Shown here: positions 24,245 to 33,713 of the stretch, piece by piece
How the letters are laid out: each line of letters starts with the position of its first letter
Position numbering within the stretch: position 1 is the stretch's first letter
Sequence record: LR745208.1
Length of the DNA stretch: 64,000 nucleotides
Direction: 5' to 3' (one strand)
Program-made: the position numbers and the translations under genes
The notes under the pieces: model-generated
Database searches by the model: none
Told to the model about the DNA's origin: nothing
The model's input: only the letters and a program-made list of their open reading frames with translations

Positions 24245-24679
24245 TCACTTTCCGATCAAACTCTGTTGCTCTTGCTCAAGTTGCTGGGTTGCCTGCCTGC
24301 GGGCCGCAAGTATCTCAGTGGCTCTGTTGAGTTTATCCACCCAATGGGCTTTTCCCGTTTCGGACATATGCTCACCCGCGGCTGCCAAAATCCCCTGAAT
24401 GTGTTTGTGATCAGCGGTAGCCAGCTGCAACTCCCCTCGGCTCCTGTAGATAGCCATCTCCAGGCCCTGAATCCGTTTCAAATCACATTTGGCCTGTTGG
24501 AGGGCAGCCGCGAAACTGGCCCGTTGCTCCTCGTCCGCGTCCTGCATCACGGATAACTTGAGGTCATCACTTTCGTCCCCATAATTGGAGACCACATACT
24601 GAGCTGCACCCTGCAACGTAGCGAAGCTATCGGCACACTCGCCATCGTCGCCCGAGAACTCTACTTGAAACCGCTTCAT
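24245..24679 (-). CDS. hypothetical coiled-coil protein
   Basis: 144 aa. Confidence 0.6.
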   Translation of the reverse strand: MKRFQVEFSGDDGECADSFATLQGAAQYVVSNYGDESDDLKLSVMQDADEEQRASFAAALQQAKCDLKRIQGLEMAIYRSRGELQLATADHKHIQGILAAAGEHMSETGKAHWVDKLNRATEILAARRQATQQLEQEQQSLIGK

Positions 24680-24690
24680 CCCCTTGGCCC

Positions 24691-25026
24691 CTAACTCAAC
24701 CAGGAGACCTGAAATGGCCCCAGTTGAACGCAATGGTTCTCACCATCGTAGTAGATCATTTCGTGCCCGAATAGGTGAAACCACTCCCTTGGGTCCAGGA
24801 TGAGGGCCGCGGAATAGTACCCGCCCCCAAGACCCCATTCCCCGGCTCCATCAGGGCCCCCCTTGGGACCCCCATACAGGCATTCCTGTGCCGCCTCAAG
24901 GAGGAACCCTCTTCGTTCCTTCCACCACCCCAAGTCCACAGTCCAGCGGCGACCTGCAATGTGAGTCTTGTACAGGTCATCATGGCCCGGGATGGGGCCG
25001 GTGTGCTTGAACGAGAAGAGTCTCAT
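24691..25026 (-). CDS. hypothetical protein
   Basis: 111 aa, ATGA coupling. Confidence 0.6.
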   Translation of the reverse strand: MRLFSFKHTGPIPGHDDLYKTHIAGRRWTVDLGWWKERRGFLLEAAQECLYGGPKGGPDGAGEWGLGGGYYSAALILDPREWFHLFGHEMIYYDGENHCVQLGPFQVSWLS

Positions 25027-25832
25027 TTGGTGCCCATTTCCTTTGCCAGCATGGCCCGGACCCGATTCAGTTCGATGTCCGTGTGGGGAGTGCCTCCCGC
25101 GTTGATGTTGAGGTACAGCTGGAGCAACTCGGCCCTGGTATGCAACGCGACCACATGGAACTTGAAGCCTGCCATGTAGCGCAACCGACCCGACCACTGG
25201 GAGAGAGTGCGACCAAACACCGGGAGCTCGTTCCGCATGAACTTCCGCACCGCCTCCATGCGCTGCTTGCCATCCACGATCTCCATGGAACCGTCAGCTG
25301 TTGTATCCCAGGAGGGACAGTTGAAGATGATGTTCTTACCCACCTCCCCACCTTGTAGCTGGTATCCCACATAGGCACTCTGCTGGTCCACGGTCCAGAC
25401 ATGGGCACGCTGGAAGTCCGGATCCAGGTTCAGGCTGTGCGACTTGGACCACCGAGCAAGTTGCTCCTCCAGGGAACCCCAGTCCACATCTATCGCATAG
25501 TTTGCATGTGGAAACTGCTTGAGGTCCCAGAAGTACTTGGGGGCCCTCTCGGAGAGGGGAGCCCCACAGGCATCGTACTCCGCCTCTTTGGCGTCGTATG
25601 CCTCAGGGATGGCCCGCCACCCCTGAGCCTCGATGGCCTTGAACTCATCTTCCGTGACGAGCTTCCGGAGGTTTTTGTAACCTGCCTGGATCTCAGCAAA
25701 GTCCTTGTTTGTACTCAGGATGGGGCGATCCCCCAAACGGCGACGTTCCATCCGTTCCCGGTCCAGGAGGGCAAGGTACTGCTCAGTAGGGGTTCGGGTG
25801 TCTGGAATCTGTCCGAAGTTGGTCTTGGCCAT
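25023..25832 (-). CDS. DUF262 (GmrSD/SspE N-terminal, ParB-like) domain protein
   Basis: LDPDFQRAHVW...IVDGKQR motifs. Confidence 0.85.
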   Translation of the reverse strand: MAKTNFGQIPDTRTPTEQYLALLDRERMERRRLGDRPILSTNKDFAEIQAGYKNLRKLVTEDEFKAIEAQGWRAIPEAYDAKEAEYDACGAPLSERAPKYFWDLKQFPHANYAIDVDWGSLEEQLARWSKSHSLNLDPDFQRAHVWTVDQQSAYVGYQLQGGEVGKNIIFNCPSWDTTADGSMEIVDGKQRMEAVRKFMRNELPVFGRTLSQWSGRLRYMAGFKFHVVALHTRAELLQLYLNINAGGTPHTDIELNRVRAMLAKEMGTK

Positions 25833-26408
25833 TTACTTGCCCCCCTTGAGCTCGATGGCCAGGAGGCCCTGGACCCGCTGGAGTTCCTCAGGCTGATGGG
25901 GGGTACCCCCCGAGTTCAGGGCCAGATACAGCTTGAGCACGTCGGCCCGAGTCCGGAGGTCCACCACCCGCCAGTTGAAACCGTGGGAGGTGAAATTCAG
26001 CTTCCCCAGGAACTCACTCTTGGTGCGGCGGAACGCAGGAATCTCATCTCGGAGGAATGCGCGAACGGCTTCAAGCCGCTGCTTGCCGTCCAGGAGCTGG
26101 TAGTTACCCAGCTTGCCCCCGGTCCAGTTGTCCGCCCCGAACACCAGGGTCTTGGAGACCTCTCCCCCCATGAGCATGTATTCGACATACGCGATCTGCT
26201 GACGTGTGGTCCAGACATGCTCCCGCTGGAAATCAGGATTGAGATCGAGCCCATACTCCGTGGTGTGATCCAGGATGGTTCGCTCCAGGCTGGTCCACGG
26301 CACATGCACCTCGTAAGAGGAATGTGGGAACTTCGGGACCTCGTTGATGTTGGTGTTCGGACCAATCATGTCCGCGATGTCCGGGTAGGCCGAGTAGAGC
26401 TTGGTCAT
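25833..26408 (-). CDS. DUF262 domain protein, tandem paralog
   Basis: LNPDFQREHVW...LLDGKQRL motifs. Confidence 0.85.
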   Translation of the reverse strand: MTKLYSAYPDIADMIGPNTNINEVPKFPHSSYEVHVPWTSLERTILDHTTEYGLDLNPDFQREHVWTTRQQIAYVEYMLMGGEVSKTLVFGADNWTGGKLGNYQLLDGKQRLEAVRAFLRDEIPAFRRTKSEFLGKLNFTSHGFNWRVVDLRTRADVLKLYLALNSGGTPHQPEELQRVQGLLAIELKGGK

Positions 26409-26429
26409 GGGTCCTATTCCTTACACACC

Positions 26430-26457
26430 CTATCGGCACGAAGCTGCTACTTTTTAG
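26430..26457 (-). promoter_or_regulatory. sigma28 (FliA/WhiG)-type promoter
   Basis: CTAAA-N15-GCCGATAG followed by GGTGTGTAAGGA. Confidence 0.65.
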
Positions 26458-26878
26458 GGAAATCGTCCGAAACACCAATGATGCACCCGACCCCGTATGT
26501 CTCCAGGATCTGGATTACTGTCTTCTTCCAGTGGTTTAGGGAGCGGGTACAAGTTAACCCCGCCAAATCCTGTGCCGTGAACCACCCGATCCCCTCATCC
26601 ACCAATGCCTTGGGTAGTTGCCCGGCTGGAGAATGGTGGACAGTGAAGTGACTAACTCGATAGCCCTCGAAATCACTTTGGAAAACGTAGTTTCCTACCC
26701 CCACGTAGCATCCGATCTCTTCCAACCATTCCCGAGCCAATGCCTGTTGATGGGTCTCCCCAGGTTCCACTTTGCCTCCCGGGCAGTTCCAGGTCCAAGG
26801 CATGGGGCTGTTTCGGCTCCGTTGGGTTAGAAGGACCCGGCCGTCTTCAATCAATATGCCTGCCACCACCTCAATCAT
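26447..26878 (-). CDS. MutT-like Nudix hydrolase
   Basis: PGGKVEPGETHQQALAREWLEEIG. Confidence 0.9.
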   Translation of the reverse strand: MIEVVAGILIEDGRVLLTQRSRNSPMPWTWNCPGGKVEPGETHQQALAREWLEEIGCYVGVGNYVFQSDFEGYRVSHFTVHHSPAGQLPKALVDEGIGWFTAQDLAGLTCTRSLNHWKKTVIQILETYGVGCIIGVSDDFPKK

Positions 26879-27254
26879 GGGTCCCACACGGGGGGCCATG
26901 AGAGGAGTCCTCTCCCTGCTCTCCACATTGCTCGCACAACCCATCCAAGTCGCTGCCGGGTTGAAACGTGTGGTGAAAATCACCACAGGTACATCTCTCG
27001 GTCTCCCAAGACCCACCAATATCCTGGGTGTCCCCCCTGAAGGAAGAGGTTCCATTTATGCGGGTTCGTGCCAGCCGTTCCTCGATTGCCTGATCGGCTC
27101 GACCCTCCCGGATGTCCCGAACGGTGCAGTCATCCAAGAGAATGCGCTTGACATCTACATCACTCAAGTCCCCAGTGAAATAGGCGTCGGCGGTACTAGA
27201 CCAGAGTCGATATACCCAGGTGCCATCTCGAAAACGAGCATGAATGAGACTCAT
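26871..27254 (-). CDS. hypothetical protein
   Basis: 127 aa with C-terminal C.C..H / C..C motifs. Confidence 0.6.
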   Translation of the reverse strand: MSLIHARFRDGTWVYRLWSSTADAYFTGDLSDVDVKRILLDDCTVRDIREGRADQAIEERLARTRINGTSSFRGDTQDIGGSWETERCTCGDFHHTFQPGSDLDGLCEQCGEQGEDSSHGPPCGTHD

Positions 27255-27261
27255 TTGATTC

Positions 27262-28947
27262 CTACTTGAGAGACAGGCTGTAGAGACGTCTCCCACGAGC
27301 GAACAGGACCTTCCCGTTACGCTTGAAGAGCTTCATATCCCCTCCGAGAACGGCATCCTCCACAACTCGGATGCCTGTGGAACCCATACGGGCCGAGAAC
27401 ATTTCCAGTTTCTCCTCCTCAGTCAGGCACACACATACCCCAGAATCCAGGGTCACAAAATTCAATCCAGAGGGAGTGACATCGGGCACCACTCGGATAT
27501 CATAGGATGTCATCGTTTCGTCCAGACGGAAAATGTCCCGCTCATAGACACCATTTCTGGCACACAGAACCATGAGCACACCACGGTCGAACTTGGCATC
27601 AAGGAGCTTCGTACCATCCAGCTCCGGAATCCTAATCTGGTAACTGGCTCCCGCTGTCGGGAACACCGAGACGTAGGTAGACCCCAGGAGGTTCTGCACT
27701 GCCACACCGTCAAACAACTTGGTAGCATGCTCCAACGTGTGGGCGACAATCTCTGGGGCTGCCAGTACCTTCTGGTCCGCCCCTACTTCCATGAGGCTCA
27801 TCGTGACGATCTTGTCCCCATTCTTCAGGTAGAGGCGCCCATCATAGGATGTCAGCCCATCCCCCACAAGACCACAAGGCACGTTGACCTTGGCCCCAGC
27901 ATCGAACAACGTAGGGGTGACCCCCTGGAGGGAGGCTACCACGGGCTTCCCCCCCTTAGTGAAACCCACCCCACGAGTGTTCTTGGCGGAGGGGCCAATC
28001 TGCCTGCCCTTGTAGTACACGGTCTTCTCCGTGACCACCACGTCATCCCACACACCAAGAATATCGCCGTCGAAGGGGAAGGAGTGCATCTCTTGAATGT
28101 CCAGTACCTTTGTGCCAAGGGTTGCATTGGTTGGCACCATGACCGCCACCACAACCCCCTGCTCTCCGGGTGGGGCAACCCTCTGCCCCTTCTCGAAGAT
28201 GGCCCTGTACCAGTCCATATACGCCTTGGGGATGGCACTGAAGGCATAGCAGGTCTGGGGTACCCGCACATCCTTGTTTAGGACGGACAGATTGTTCTGC
28301 ATCCGCTCCTCAAGGCCCTTCACGGATGGGTGGGTCCCCTTGTAGGGATGAATGCCAATGAACATCTGGAAGCTCAGAATCCCGAAGGCAAACCAGTCCG
28401 TCCCCTCCGTGAACTCCCCGGGCTTCATGTGACGGTCTCTGACTGACTCCATGAGAGCCGTAGCCCGATAGTGCGGGGTCTGGTAGGACGCCACGTCAAT
28501 GGCGTAAATGTCCTCCATCCGCTGCCCAAGCAGGAAGTTCATCTCATTCAGGTCCACAATCAGGGACTTGGCAGCGTGCACATTCGAGACAAGGGATCGG
28601 AGTTTATTGACCAGCTCCCCAATGTCTCCAGGGGTGATGCCATTCCGGTCCCGAAAAGCTCGGGGGAACACTTGGCAGAGGGCACCCGAGTTGTGGACAA
28701 ACTTCGATGTGAACCCAATGGGTTTGCTGTTTTTGGGGTCAAGCAAGACCTTCTCGGGCTTGATGACCCGTGGGTCCTTGATCTCTGCAAGTTCCTGGAT
28801 CTTGCCCACAGGAATCATCTTCGTGGGATCCGAGTAGACCTTGTAGGTGGTCCCACCAATGACGAAAATGTTGCCCTCACCTCCGGACGCCAGAAAATCC
28901 TTCTGGGTCAGTGAGACTAGGTTACCGCCTTGGATTTGGACCTTCAT
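27262..28947 (-). CDS. Ser/Thr-type protein kinase (TerY-P triad-like) with a beta-rich C-terminal domain
   Basis: GGEGNIF, YKVY, DLNEMN, IDVASY and DWFAFGIL..MFIGIHPYKG motifs. Confidence 0.8.
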   Translation of the reverse strand: MKVQIQGGNLVSLTQKDFLASGGEGNIFVIGGTTYKVYSDPTKMIPVGKIQELAEIKDPRVIKPEKVLLDPKNSKPIGFTSKFVHNSGALCQVFPRAFRDRNGITPGDIGELVNKLRSLVSNVHAAKSLIVDLNEMNFLLGQRMEDIYAIDVASYQTPHYRATALMESVRDRHMKPGEFTEGTDWFAFGILSFQMFIGIHPYKGTHPSVKGLEERMQNNLSVLNKDVRVPQTCYAFSAIPKAYMDWYRAIFEKGQRVAPPGEQGVVVAVMVPTNATLGTKVLDIQEMHSFPFDGDILGVWDDVVVTEKTVYYKGRQIGPSAKNTRGVGFTKGGKPVVASLQGVTPTLFDAGAKVNVPCGLVGDGLTSYDGRLYLKNGDKIVTMSLMEVGADQKVLAAPEIVAHTLEHATKLFDGVAVQNLLGSTYVSVFPTAGASYQIRIPELDGTKLLDAKFDRGVLMVLCARNGVYERDIFRLDETMTSYDIRVVPDVTPSGLNFVTLDSGVCVCLTEEEKLEMFSARMGSTGIRVVEDAVLGGDMKLFKRNGKVLFARGRRLYSLSLK

Positions 28948-28949
28948 CG

Positions 28950-29321
28950 TCAGCCCCCAAACTTGGCCTTGAGACGCTCAAACTCAGCCCGCTCCTTGTT
29001 TTCCTGACTGGCTCGACGTTCCAACTCAAGGGAATGCCGGTATGCACTCTTCATGGCAGCTATTGGCATGGGCCCAATATTCTTGACGAGGAAGGCTGAC
29101 TCCAGAGAATATTCACCGTCATCGTTCAAGTACCCCCTATAGCCACGCTCATCCCCTAGGAGGCACAACTGGGCCTCCGCATCGGCTTCCTCAAGGGTGG
29201 TTGCTTTGAGAGACTCCACCTTAATCCCGCTGTCAATGACAAACTCTTGGCCGGTCTCTCGGTCCCTCTGAACCATGACCAGAAGGTATTCGGATTTTTC
29301 GTTGATGTAGTCTTTTTGCAT
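28950..29321 (-). CDS. hypothetical protein
   Basis: 123 aa. Confidence 0.65.
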   Translation of the reverse strand: MQKDYINEKSEYLLVMVQRDRETGQEFVIDSGIKVESLKATTLEEADAEAQLCLLGDERGYRGYLNDDGEYSLESAFLVKNIGPMPIAAMKSAYRHSLELERRASQENKERAEFERLKAKFGG

Positions 29322-29324
29322 TGG

Positions 29325-30134
29325 CTATACTCCATTCAAGATCGTAGCAACCGCCACGTCGTCGTCATGGACCCACCCGTTCTTGGGGCAGAAGTCATAC
29401 AGGAACCGGCGCATCCGCCGCACTACAAACTCCCCTGCGGAACTCTTGATTGCCATGATCTGGTCCAGTACATCCTGGAGGGGCACAGACTCGGTGGCCC
29501 CCGTAGGGGTGGTCCGCCTGAATGACCTGACCCCATCCGAGCAGATGGTGACACTCTGGATGTCAGCCATGGGCATGTCGGTAGCCCACGAGTATTCGGA
29601 CTCCGTAACCTGTCGCTCCTCTGCCCAAGACACGGGGTTAGCTTTGGGATCAGTGATCCTGCAATCCACCACCCGCACCCCATACTGGTTGAGGTACGCT
29701 TTGAGCCGTCGCTCATTGTACAGGTAATTCATGTACGCCGGGGCATCCCCAGGGAACGAGATGGACCACGTCTGTCTGCTACCGTCCTTGAACTGGACCG
29801 CAATTACCCCGTCTCCATAGGCGGAGAGCCATAGCCGGTCTCCCAGTACACGCGCTGTGAGGAGGGTCGCATCGAGGCTCTCTGGCATCAACATCAGCGA
29901 TTGGGCCGATGCCTTGGCTCTATTCCAGATAGCCGTAGGGGTCCCATGCACGCCAGCCACCATAGCAGCCCGTGCCATGAACCGAGACCCGAAGTCCGTA
30001 TCAGGGCTGGATGAACAACCATCGGATACCGCTGCCATGACCTGAATAGGGTCTACCCCCTCAAGACGGGACTCGGCATAGTCCTGACAGACTGTGTGGG
30101 ACTTACCAAGAGCGAAGTAAGCGTTCGTGTTCAC
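29325..30134 (-). CDS. PP2C-like protein phosphatase (TerY-P triad-like)
   Basis: GKSH..CQD, AVSDGCSS, DATLL, GDG, SDGV and DDVA motifs. Confidence 0.85.
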   Translation of the reverse strand: MNTNAYFALGKSHTVCQDYAESRLEGVDPIQVMAAVSDGCSSSPDTDFGSRFMARAAMVAGVHGTPTAIWNRAKASAQSLMLMPESLDATLLTARVLGDRLWLSAYGDGVIAVQFKDGSRQTWSISFPGDAPAYMNYLYNERRLKAYLNQYGVRVVDCRITDPKANPVSWAEERQVTESEYSWATDMPMADIQSVTICSDGVRSFRRTTPTGATESVPLQDVLDQIMAIKSSAGEFVVRRMRRFLYDFCPKNGWVHDDDVAVATILNGV

Positions 30135-30397
30135 GGAGTGGTCTCCTTGCGAATGTGGTCGTATGCCATAGCCATTGTGGCCTCGGCTAGTGCCCGTATG
30201 GCATTGTCGTATCGTTCATTGCCATCTGGCTTTGTCTTGCCCCATACTCCATCCTGGACTCGCCATGCCAACCAGTCAGCCCACAACTGGAGGGCGGCAT
30301 TGGGATAGGAATTACCAGAATGGATCACGGAGCCGTGAATCCGGCTACACAGGTCAAGAATCTCAAACCCGTATTTTTGGTGGGGTGCAAACTTCAT
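30131..30397 (-). CDS. hypothetical protein
   Basis: 88 aa, coupled. Confidence 0.55.
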   Translation of the reverse strand: MKFAPHQKYGFEILDLCSRIHGSVIHSGNSYPNAALQLWADWLAWRVQDGVWGKTKPDGNERYDNAIRALAEATMAMAYDHIRKETTP

Positions 30398-31029
30398 GGC
30401 CCCTCCAAGCCCTGCATCAAAATCTCCATGTCCTGTGGCCGAGTCCTACTCAGGTGCGTACGGAGAGCCTCAATGAACCGCTGTCTGGGTTCCTTCGTGA
30501 GTGCCCGACAGGGATAGCATGCCGCCAGCAGCCCCAGCGACATGGTGACACTGAATTGCGCTGGGTCGGCATCATTCAGGAGAGCACCGCAGTCCCCCCA
30601 ACGGGCCTCCCGCATCCAATCGTCAGTGACCTCCAGTACATGCTGGATGCCTTGACGAGCATTGCCCTTCCTGGACTGCTTGAGAATGTAGTCCAGGAGC
30701 TTCCTGGCAGGACTTGCGGCCACTGGCTGCTCTGGGGGCGTGGTGAGGGTGGTCTTAGTGACCTGCTTGGGAACCTTTGGGAGGGACCTCTTGGCCACAT
30801 GGGTCTTGGCAGGAGACTCCTCCTGCGATTGGGCCTTGAAGCTCTGGTCAAACAGCTTTGCCCCCAGGGGCAGGGCATCATAACAGGGAAGACAGACGAA
30901 CCGGCGAACAACCACCGGCCCATCCAGACCCTCAGCTTCCCTGTACTGATTGACAAGGGTACGATGCCCCCCACACTCAATGCACGCTGTTTGGGAGCCT
31001 TCAATGTGAGTGTGGGGATGCATGTTCAA
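30394..31029 (-). CDS. hypothetical protein (Zn ribbon, Pro/Lys linker, helical domain)
   Basis: CIEC...CLPC; 211 aa. Confidence 0.6.
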   Translation of the reverse strand: MNMHPHTHIEGSQTACIECGGHRTLVNQYREAEGLDGPVVVRRFVCLPCYDALPLGAKLFDQSFKAQSQEESPAKTHVAKRSLPKVPKQVTKTTLTTPPEQPVAASPARKLLDYILKQSRKGNARQGIQHVLEVTDDWMREARWGDCGALLNDADPAQFSVTMSLGLLAACYPCRALTKEPRQRFIEALRTHLSRTRPQDMEILMQGLEGP

Positions 31030-31112
31030 GTTACTCCCTTTTTAGGCTGCTTGGGAATGGGATGTCAGAACGTCTTTTCTCGGTATGCTTTCTCTAGCAT
31101 ATATCCTTACTC

Positions 31113-32891
31113 TCAACCGTGGCTCCCCGCAGGGACAATCACCGAAGCTTTGCCAACCCGTACAGTTCCGAGGAAATCCTTCCAATTGACCCACCCCTTG
31201 CCCTTGTAGATCCGGTCTGGGCTAGAGGGCAGCATCTTCGGTCTTTCCTTCTTGAACCACTCTTGGTAATGTGCCTGCCCCCGGATACCAGCTGCCCGAG
31301 CCACCTTCTTGGCCTCCTCGTAGGGAAGGAACACCTTCTCTTGGGGGGCAACAACTTCCGCCCCCAAAAATTCTGTCCAAGTTGTCCAAGAATCGTAGAT
31401 GAGGGAAGGGTTGTATGGCATTCCTTCTGGGTGGGTTGCCTTGACCCATCGCCTGTAGGCTGCCACGGTCTGGATCCCAGCTGCTCTGGCCACCTTCCTG
31501 GCCTCTCCATAGGGCAGAAAAGTCTTCACGCTCATAGACACATTCCCAGTCGCCAAGAACTCCCCCCAACCCTGCCAACCCTTGCCCTTGTATGTATAGC
31601 TAGGGCTAGATGGCATCCCGTGGGAAATTGGGTTCCACCGATCGTACTCCATGCTAGTACGAATCCTTGCCCCCAGGACAATTTTTCGTGCTTCCTCATA
31701 GGTCGGGAATACGGGCAACCATCCCTGTTTCTCAACCCACGTTCCCAAGAAGTCCCCCCAATTGACCCAGCCCTTCCGGCTGTAGTAATGTTCTGGGTTG
31801 TGTGGGATCCCCGTTACCCGGTTTGTCTTAGCCCACTCCAGATAGAGACTCTTATTCATAGCCCCAGAGGCCCTTGCCATCTCTCGGGCCTTCTCGTAGG
31901 GCAGGAACTCAATGCCACGTTTCCCCGATTCACTATGACGGATCCAGGTCCCCAGGAACTTCTCCCAGCCTTCCCAGCCAGAGTCCTTGTACACCACATC
32001 AGGGTCGGGGGGTAACCCAACTGGATGTACCTGAGCAATCCATCCCCGGTATGCCTCTGGGGTCCGAAGCCCTGTAGCCTTTGCTAACACCAAAGCCTTC
32101 TCATATGGGTGGTTGCCTGCCAAGGGGAGTACTTGTGCCCCCCTACCTATCTTAGAACACCAGGAAATGAAATCCTTTTGTGGCAAAGACCACTTCATCT
32201 GGTTCACCACCTTGTGAACCCACTGGATGTTGTCTATCGTGTAGGCGCCGTCCGAGTCAATACGGTCTACGGAGGCAGTTGTATACCGGTTGTAATTTGT
32301 ACGAAGCCTGGAGAACCACAGTGGCTCCCCGGTCAAAGCACAGCACATCCCCTGATTGGCAAACACCTGATAGGCTTGCTCTTGGGTAATACTGAAGGTG
32401 ATTTCCCGAAGTACTGCGTTGTCCCTGAGCCTCCTCCAGAATCTCTCTGGAATGAAGGTGGTCACCCTATTGGATAATTCCATCTCTTCTGACTGGCAGT
32501 TCTTACACTGCATCCGGTTATGACTGGTGCCTTGCAACTGTCCGGTTGAGTAGATGGTTTCCTTCCCACATCGGCACCGGCATACCCAAGTACGAGATCC
32601 GGCGCTATTGAACCCAGAAAACCCAATGATAGTGTACCCACCACGACTGGTACCCACCATCTGTTGGATGACTTGTTGGTGCTCCTGCTCGCGATCCTTT
32701 TCCCGACACCCCTCACAACAAGTGAGCTTGCCTGTGTTCAGGTAGGGGACGTGGAATCGTTTTTCGGTTCCACACTTACACCTACATAGGTAGTATCTGA
32801 ATTTGGTGTTAGCTTCAGGGTCACAGGGAACCTCGTAAAGAACTTCCCAGTCACCTAGTTGCTTGCCGTCGAGAATGGATTTGTGATGCAA
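31113..32891 (-). CDS. His-Me finger/HNH-type endonuclease with five C-terminal integrase-repeat-like units
   Basis: N-terminal CRCKCG/CRCRCG motifs, SVDRIDS...NIQWVH..VN.MK, and five repeats of PYE.A...A.A.G...Y..W....P..P...Y...GW..W..FLG. Confidence 0.75.
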   Translation of the reverse strand: MHHKSILDGKQLGDWEVLYEVPCDPEANTKFRYYLCRCKCGTEKRFHVPYLNTGKLTCCEGCREKDREQEHQQVIQQMVGTSRGGYTIIGFSGFNSAGSRTWVCRCRCGKETIYSTGQLQGTSHNRMQCKNCQSEEMELSNRVTTFIPERFWRRLRDNAVLREITFSITQEQAYQVFANQGMCCALTGEPLWFSRLRTNYNRYTTASVDRIDSDGAYTIDNIQWVHKVVNQMKWSLPQKDFISWCSKIGRGAQVLPLAGNHPYEKALVLAKATGLRTPEAYRGWIAQVHPVGLPPDPDVVYKDSGWEGWEKFLGTWIRHSESGKRGIEFLPYEKAREMARASGAMNKSLYLEWAKTNRVTGIPHNPEHYYSRKGWVNWGDFLGTWVEKQGWLPVFPTYEEARKIVLGARIRTSMEYDRWNPISHGMPSSPSYTYKGKGWQGWGEFLATGNVSMSVKTFLPYGEARKVARAAGIQTVAAYRRWVKATHPEGMPYNPSLIYDSWTTWTEFLGAEVVAPQEKVFLPYEEAKKVARAAGIRGQAHYQEWFKKERPKMLPSSPDRIYKGKGWVNWKDFLGTVRVGKASVIVPAGSHG

Positions 32892-32947
32892 GGTACCTCA
32901 GCACCCCTGCTATTGTGCAGAGATGGTACCTTATCTGGCGGGATAGG

Positions 32948-33688
32948 CTAAAAAGTCAAGGTCTGACTCGTCCCAGAGTTAAGAGCAGTACTCTGTGCGC
33001 TAATTGAGCGGGAAACAAAGTCTGCCAGCTTGGCGAGCTTCTTCTCATTGGCATTGTCAATTTCAACATACTGAGTAAACCCAGCCTCAGTCTGAAATTC
33101 CTGAAGACGGACAGACATTTGCCCAGATACGTTTACCCCCACCAGAATAGAGACGGTGCTTTCCAGGTGCTCTCCCGTCACACCCTTGGCGATCTCCGTC
33201 CGGAGCATCGTGGGGGTGGTCTTGGATGTGTTGTCGTCACCGTCCGTGATGACGATAAAGATCCCGTTGGCCCCGAAGTCCTGCGCAGTGAGGTCCTTTC
33301 CGTACTGGTTCAGGGAACCCGCACATGAGTAGGCGGCATCGTACAGGTTGGTGCACCCAGCGGGCTGGACGGTGCCTGTGTAGGCGTCCGTGTTGCACTC
33401 CGAGAGGGGCTTGAATCCGTGGACTTCGCTGATTGCGTTGCTGTTGAAGGTCACGAATCGAAGCATCAGGTTGTCGGCTCGCGGCGAGTAGCGACAGGAC
33501 TTCACCACTGCCTTGACCACGTCCTCGATCTTGTCCTGGAAGCCGTGAACGCTTCCTGTCGCGTCGGCGGCGATCACCACCAGGGTGTATTCGGTCGCCC
33601 CAAGGTCCTGGACTCTCTTGGCAGAGAATCCGAAGCTCGAACCACCAATGTGGTGCTGCTCCATCGTTGCATCATTCAAGATTGGCAT
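32948..33688 (-). CDS. vWA-domain protein (TerY-like)
   Basis: MIDAS motif DATGS, TNLYDA and ITDGDDN. Confidence 0.85.
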   Translation of the reverse strand: MPILNDATMEQHHIGGSSFGFSAKRVQDLGATEYTLVVIAADATGSVHGFQDKIEDVVKAVVKSCRYSPRADNLMLRFVTFNSNAISEVHGFKPLSECNTDAYTGTVQPAGCTNLYDAAYSCAGSLNQYGKDLTAQDFGANGIFIVITDGDDNTSKTTPTMLRTEIAKGVTGEHLESTVSILVGVNVSGQMSVRLQEFQTEAGFTQYVEIDNANEKKLAKLADFVSRSISAQSTALNSGTSQTLTF

Positions 33689-33713
33689 GACTGGTATCTC
33701 CTATTGTTTCCGC

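Noticed and set aside
25401-32015. Long + strand ORFs 25401-26651, 30175-31209 and 31119-32015
   Set aside because: They are antisense to motif-bearing minus-strand genes (DUF262 pair, endonuclease) and have no recognisable features.
31030-32947. Group I intron housing the endonuclease
   Set aside because: The flanking vWA gene is complete with its own stop, and no interrupted gene or intron core is evident; treated as free-standing.
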